From Ramazzottius varieornatus (lineage: Eukaryota; Animalia; Tardigrada): 64,000 bases of DNA. The DNA lies in the NCBI GenBank assembly GCA_001949185.1, contig BDGG01000003.1, positions 5,338,079 to 5,402,078 of the forward strand, given 5' to 3'. Made by a program: the position numbers and the translations under genes. The notes beneath the pieces were generated by a model. The model searched no databases. It worked only from the letters and a program-made list of their open reading frames with translations, and was not told the origin of the DNA. This document shows, piece by piece, positions 62,398 through 64,000 of this stretch (position 1 is the first letter of the stretch; the number at the start of each line of letters is the position of its first letter).

Positions 62398-63060
62398 GGC
62401 AATGGCTCCGCATACTACTCGCACCTAAACACTCCGCGTACTACCTTCCTCGAATTTCCCCACTACCAAAGTGCTCCGCGTGCTACCATTTGCCACACTA
62501 CCGTTTGCTCCGCGTACTACTATAGTTTCGAGTTTCGTTCGGAACATAAGGTTTGGCCATTTTGGTACAAACTGACCATGCGCATTTTTTCCATATCCGT
62601 GACTTCAATTTTGAAACTGCAACCAGTGACCAGATGGCGCATCAACTCTCACGTTACTACCCGCCATAGCGTTCGCGTAGGAACTGGTCATGAATGGCGG
62701 AAGAGACCCAGAGAAGGCAAGCTACGATGGAATGGACTTGCGAGCCTGGGTTAAGAGCAGTTTCGTAGTCAACGACCTCGCAGTGCCGCCTCGTCGCCGA
62801 GGACCTAGGCCGCAGAGGGCTACTCCTAAAGTAACCGGCACCGTGACGGCAGACGATTTTGCGAAACCAATGGAGCATACCAACCGACTGAATGAAGATC
62901 AATTTTGAAAATTTCCAACGTTCGGTAGTACGCGGAGTTAGAGGTAGTGTCTATGATGTCCATTAAAAGGTAATGCGCGGAGTGGTTTGGTACTGCGGAA
63001 TCTGAAGATGGCAGTATGCGGAGTATTTTGGTAGTGCAGGTAGTATGCGGAGCTATTACC
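62398..63060. mobile_element. Foldback/MITE-like element with subrepeated TIRs
   Basis: Four CTCCGCRTRCTAC motifs at 62408-62520, mirrored by GTAGTAYGCGGAG-like motifs at 62925-63052. Termini GGCAATGG...CTATTACC. Confidence 0.7.
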
Positions 63061-64000
63061 AATTGTTAAATACAGTATTGCTCGTATCAAAAACAGCGTC
63101 TAAAAACTATTGGAAACTGGTGGAGACTAGTGTATGCACGGAATTTTCGCCCTGTTTTCTCCCTGTTCGGTATTGTACAGTTAAAAGGCCGTAAGAAGAT
63201 TTCGGGGAAAGAGAACGTTTGGTGTGGGTAACAAATGAAACAAAACTCGGCCAGTCCGTGGGATGAAACTAAATCCTGGGGACACTCACCCATTCAGCTT
63301 TGACGTAAGTTCTTTTATCCGTTCTTGCAGGGAGTGAATGCGTGACAGCCTGCGAAACGGGCCAGTTGTGAGGATGTAAGGTGGAATATTGTAGGAACTA
63401 ACCGAGCTTTTACTCTTCGCTTGTCCGACTGCGATGGGAAGAATTGCCTTCTTCCTAGGCGAGAAGCACGGAAAGAGGAACTTCACCGTGCTCCTGGATT
63501 CGGTGTTCCGCGTAGGTCAGTTTTTCGTGGACCTGCAACGATTACAGCCGATTTAGAGACATTCATCACAAGACAAAAGCTGGCCCAAGGTGGACGAACC
63601 AAGATGTGCAACTTACATCCAGCAACAGCTCCTCCACAGACTCCATTCTTGACTCAAGGCTTTGCAGTTTCTCCATGAGCTGCTTCTCGGCCTCGGTCAC
63701 GACAGGGTTGGCCGTGAAAACTCAGCTTGAAGGGAGCTTATTCTAGAAAGCAAAAGTTGCTTTGTGGCTTCTCTAACAGCGGAAATTCTCATCAGTTCAA
63801 TATGCGAAAGTAACTTGGATAATCGGAACCCTGGCAAACAATTTCGACGGAATCGTTCTTCCAAGTAGCGCACGCCTCCAGCCGAAAACACTGGAAACGT
63901 GCGCCACCGATCTTGTCGAGTTCGTCTGCCGAGCTCCCTTTCCCGAAATCCTGTTGAAACGCCTATTCTAACTCAGAATTCAAAAGCGGACAAACCGAGC

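Larger units (their letters stand above)
43760..63940. repeat. Dispersed modular palindrome family A (about 20 units at 12 loci): CCAAGTGGCGCA-N26/27-TGCGCCACTTGG
   Basis: Left arms start near 43794, 43874, 45286, 45366, 45960, 46043, 46551, 48688, 52291, 52373, 53089, 53171, 55415, 55764, 56202, 56269, 56351, 56434, 59134 and 63861. Many arrays are capped by GAGCTCGGCAAACAAACTC...GAGTTTGTCYGCCGAGCTC-like ends. Confidence 0.9.

Overview
Eukaryotic (invertebrate) genomic DNA with short GT-AG introns. The compact introns and the receptor-guanylyl-cyclase-like ectodomain gene suggest a tardigrade (inference, not proven). The window has two compartments. The left part (about 1-43 kb) is rich in transposons and pseudogenes. 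It contains a decayed tyrosine-recombinase (DIRS-order) retrotransposon, hAT/Tc1/Kolobok-like elements and MITEs, a 5'-truncated LINE, a cyclase-less ANF-receptor-like gene, two broken TRH-receptor-like GPCRs, and small secreted-protein genes. It also holds a trio of intronless Golgi-type glycan enzymes: GT32, GT92-like, and a CASD1/PC-esterase-like SGNH pseudogene that can be rebuilt by removing three transposons. The right part (about 43-57 kb) is a tightly packed housekeeping block: Nup93, YRDC, deoxynucleoside kinase and eIF5B. The most striking unexplained signal is a family of about 20 palindromic modules, CCAAGTGGCGCA-N26/27-TGCGCCACTTGG. They are stacked 1-4 deep at a ~80-83 bp period, lie almost only in introns from 43.7 kb onward, and none was seen in the first 43 kb. 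A second, unrelated family (CCTGCATACA-N27-TGTATGCAGG) has the same geometry. Nup93 also appears to end about 10.6 kb further downstream than its main body, across a block bounded by a duplicated exon that holds nested genes. All exon and element boundaries were read by eye and are approximate unless stated.
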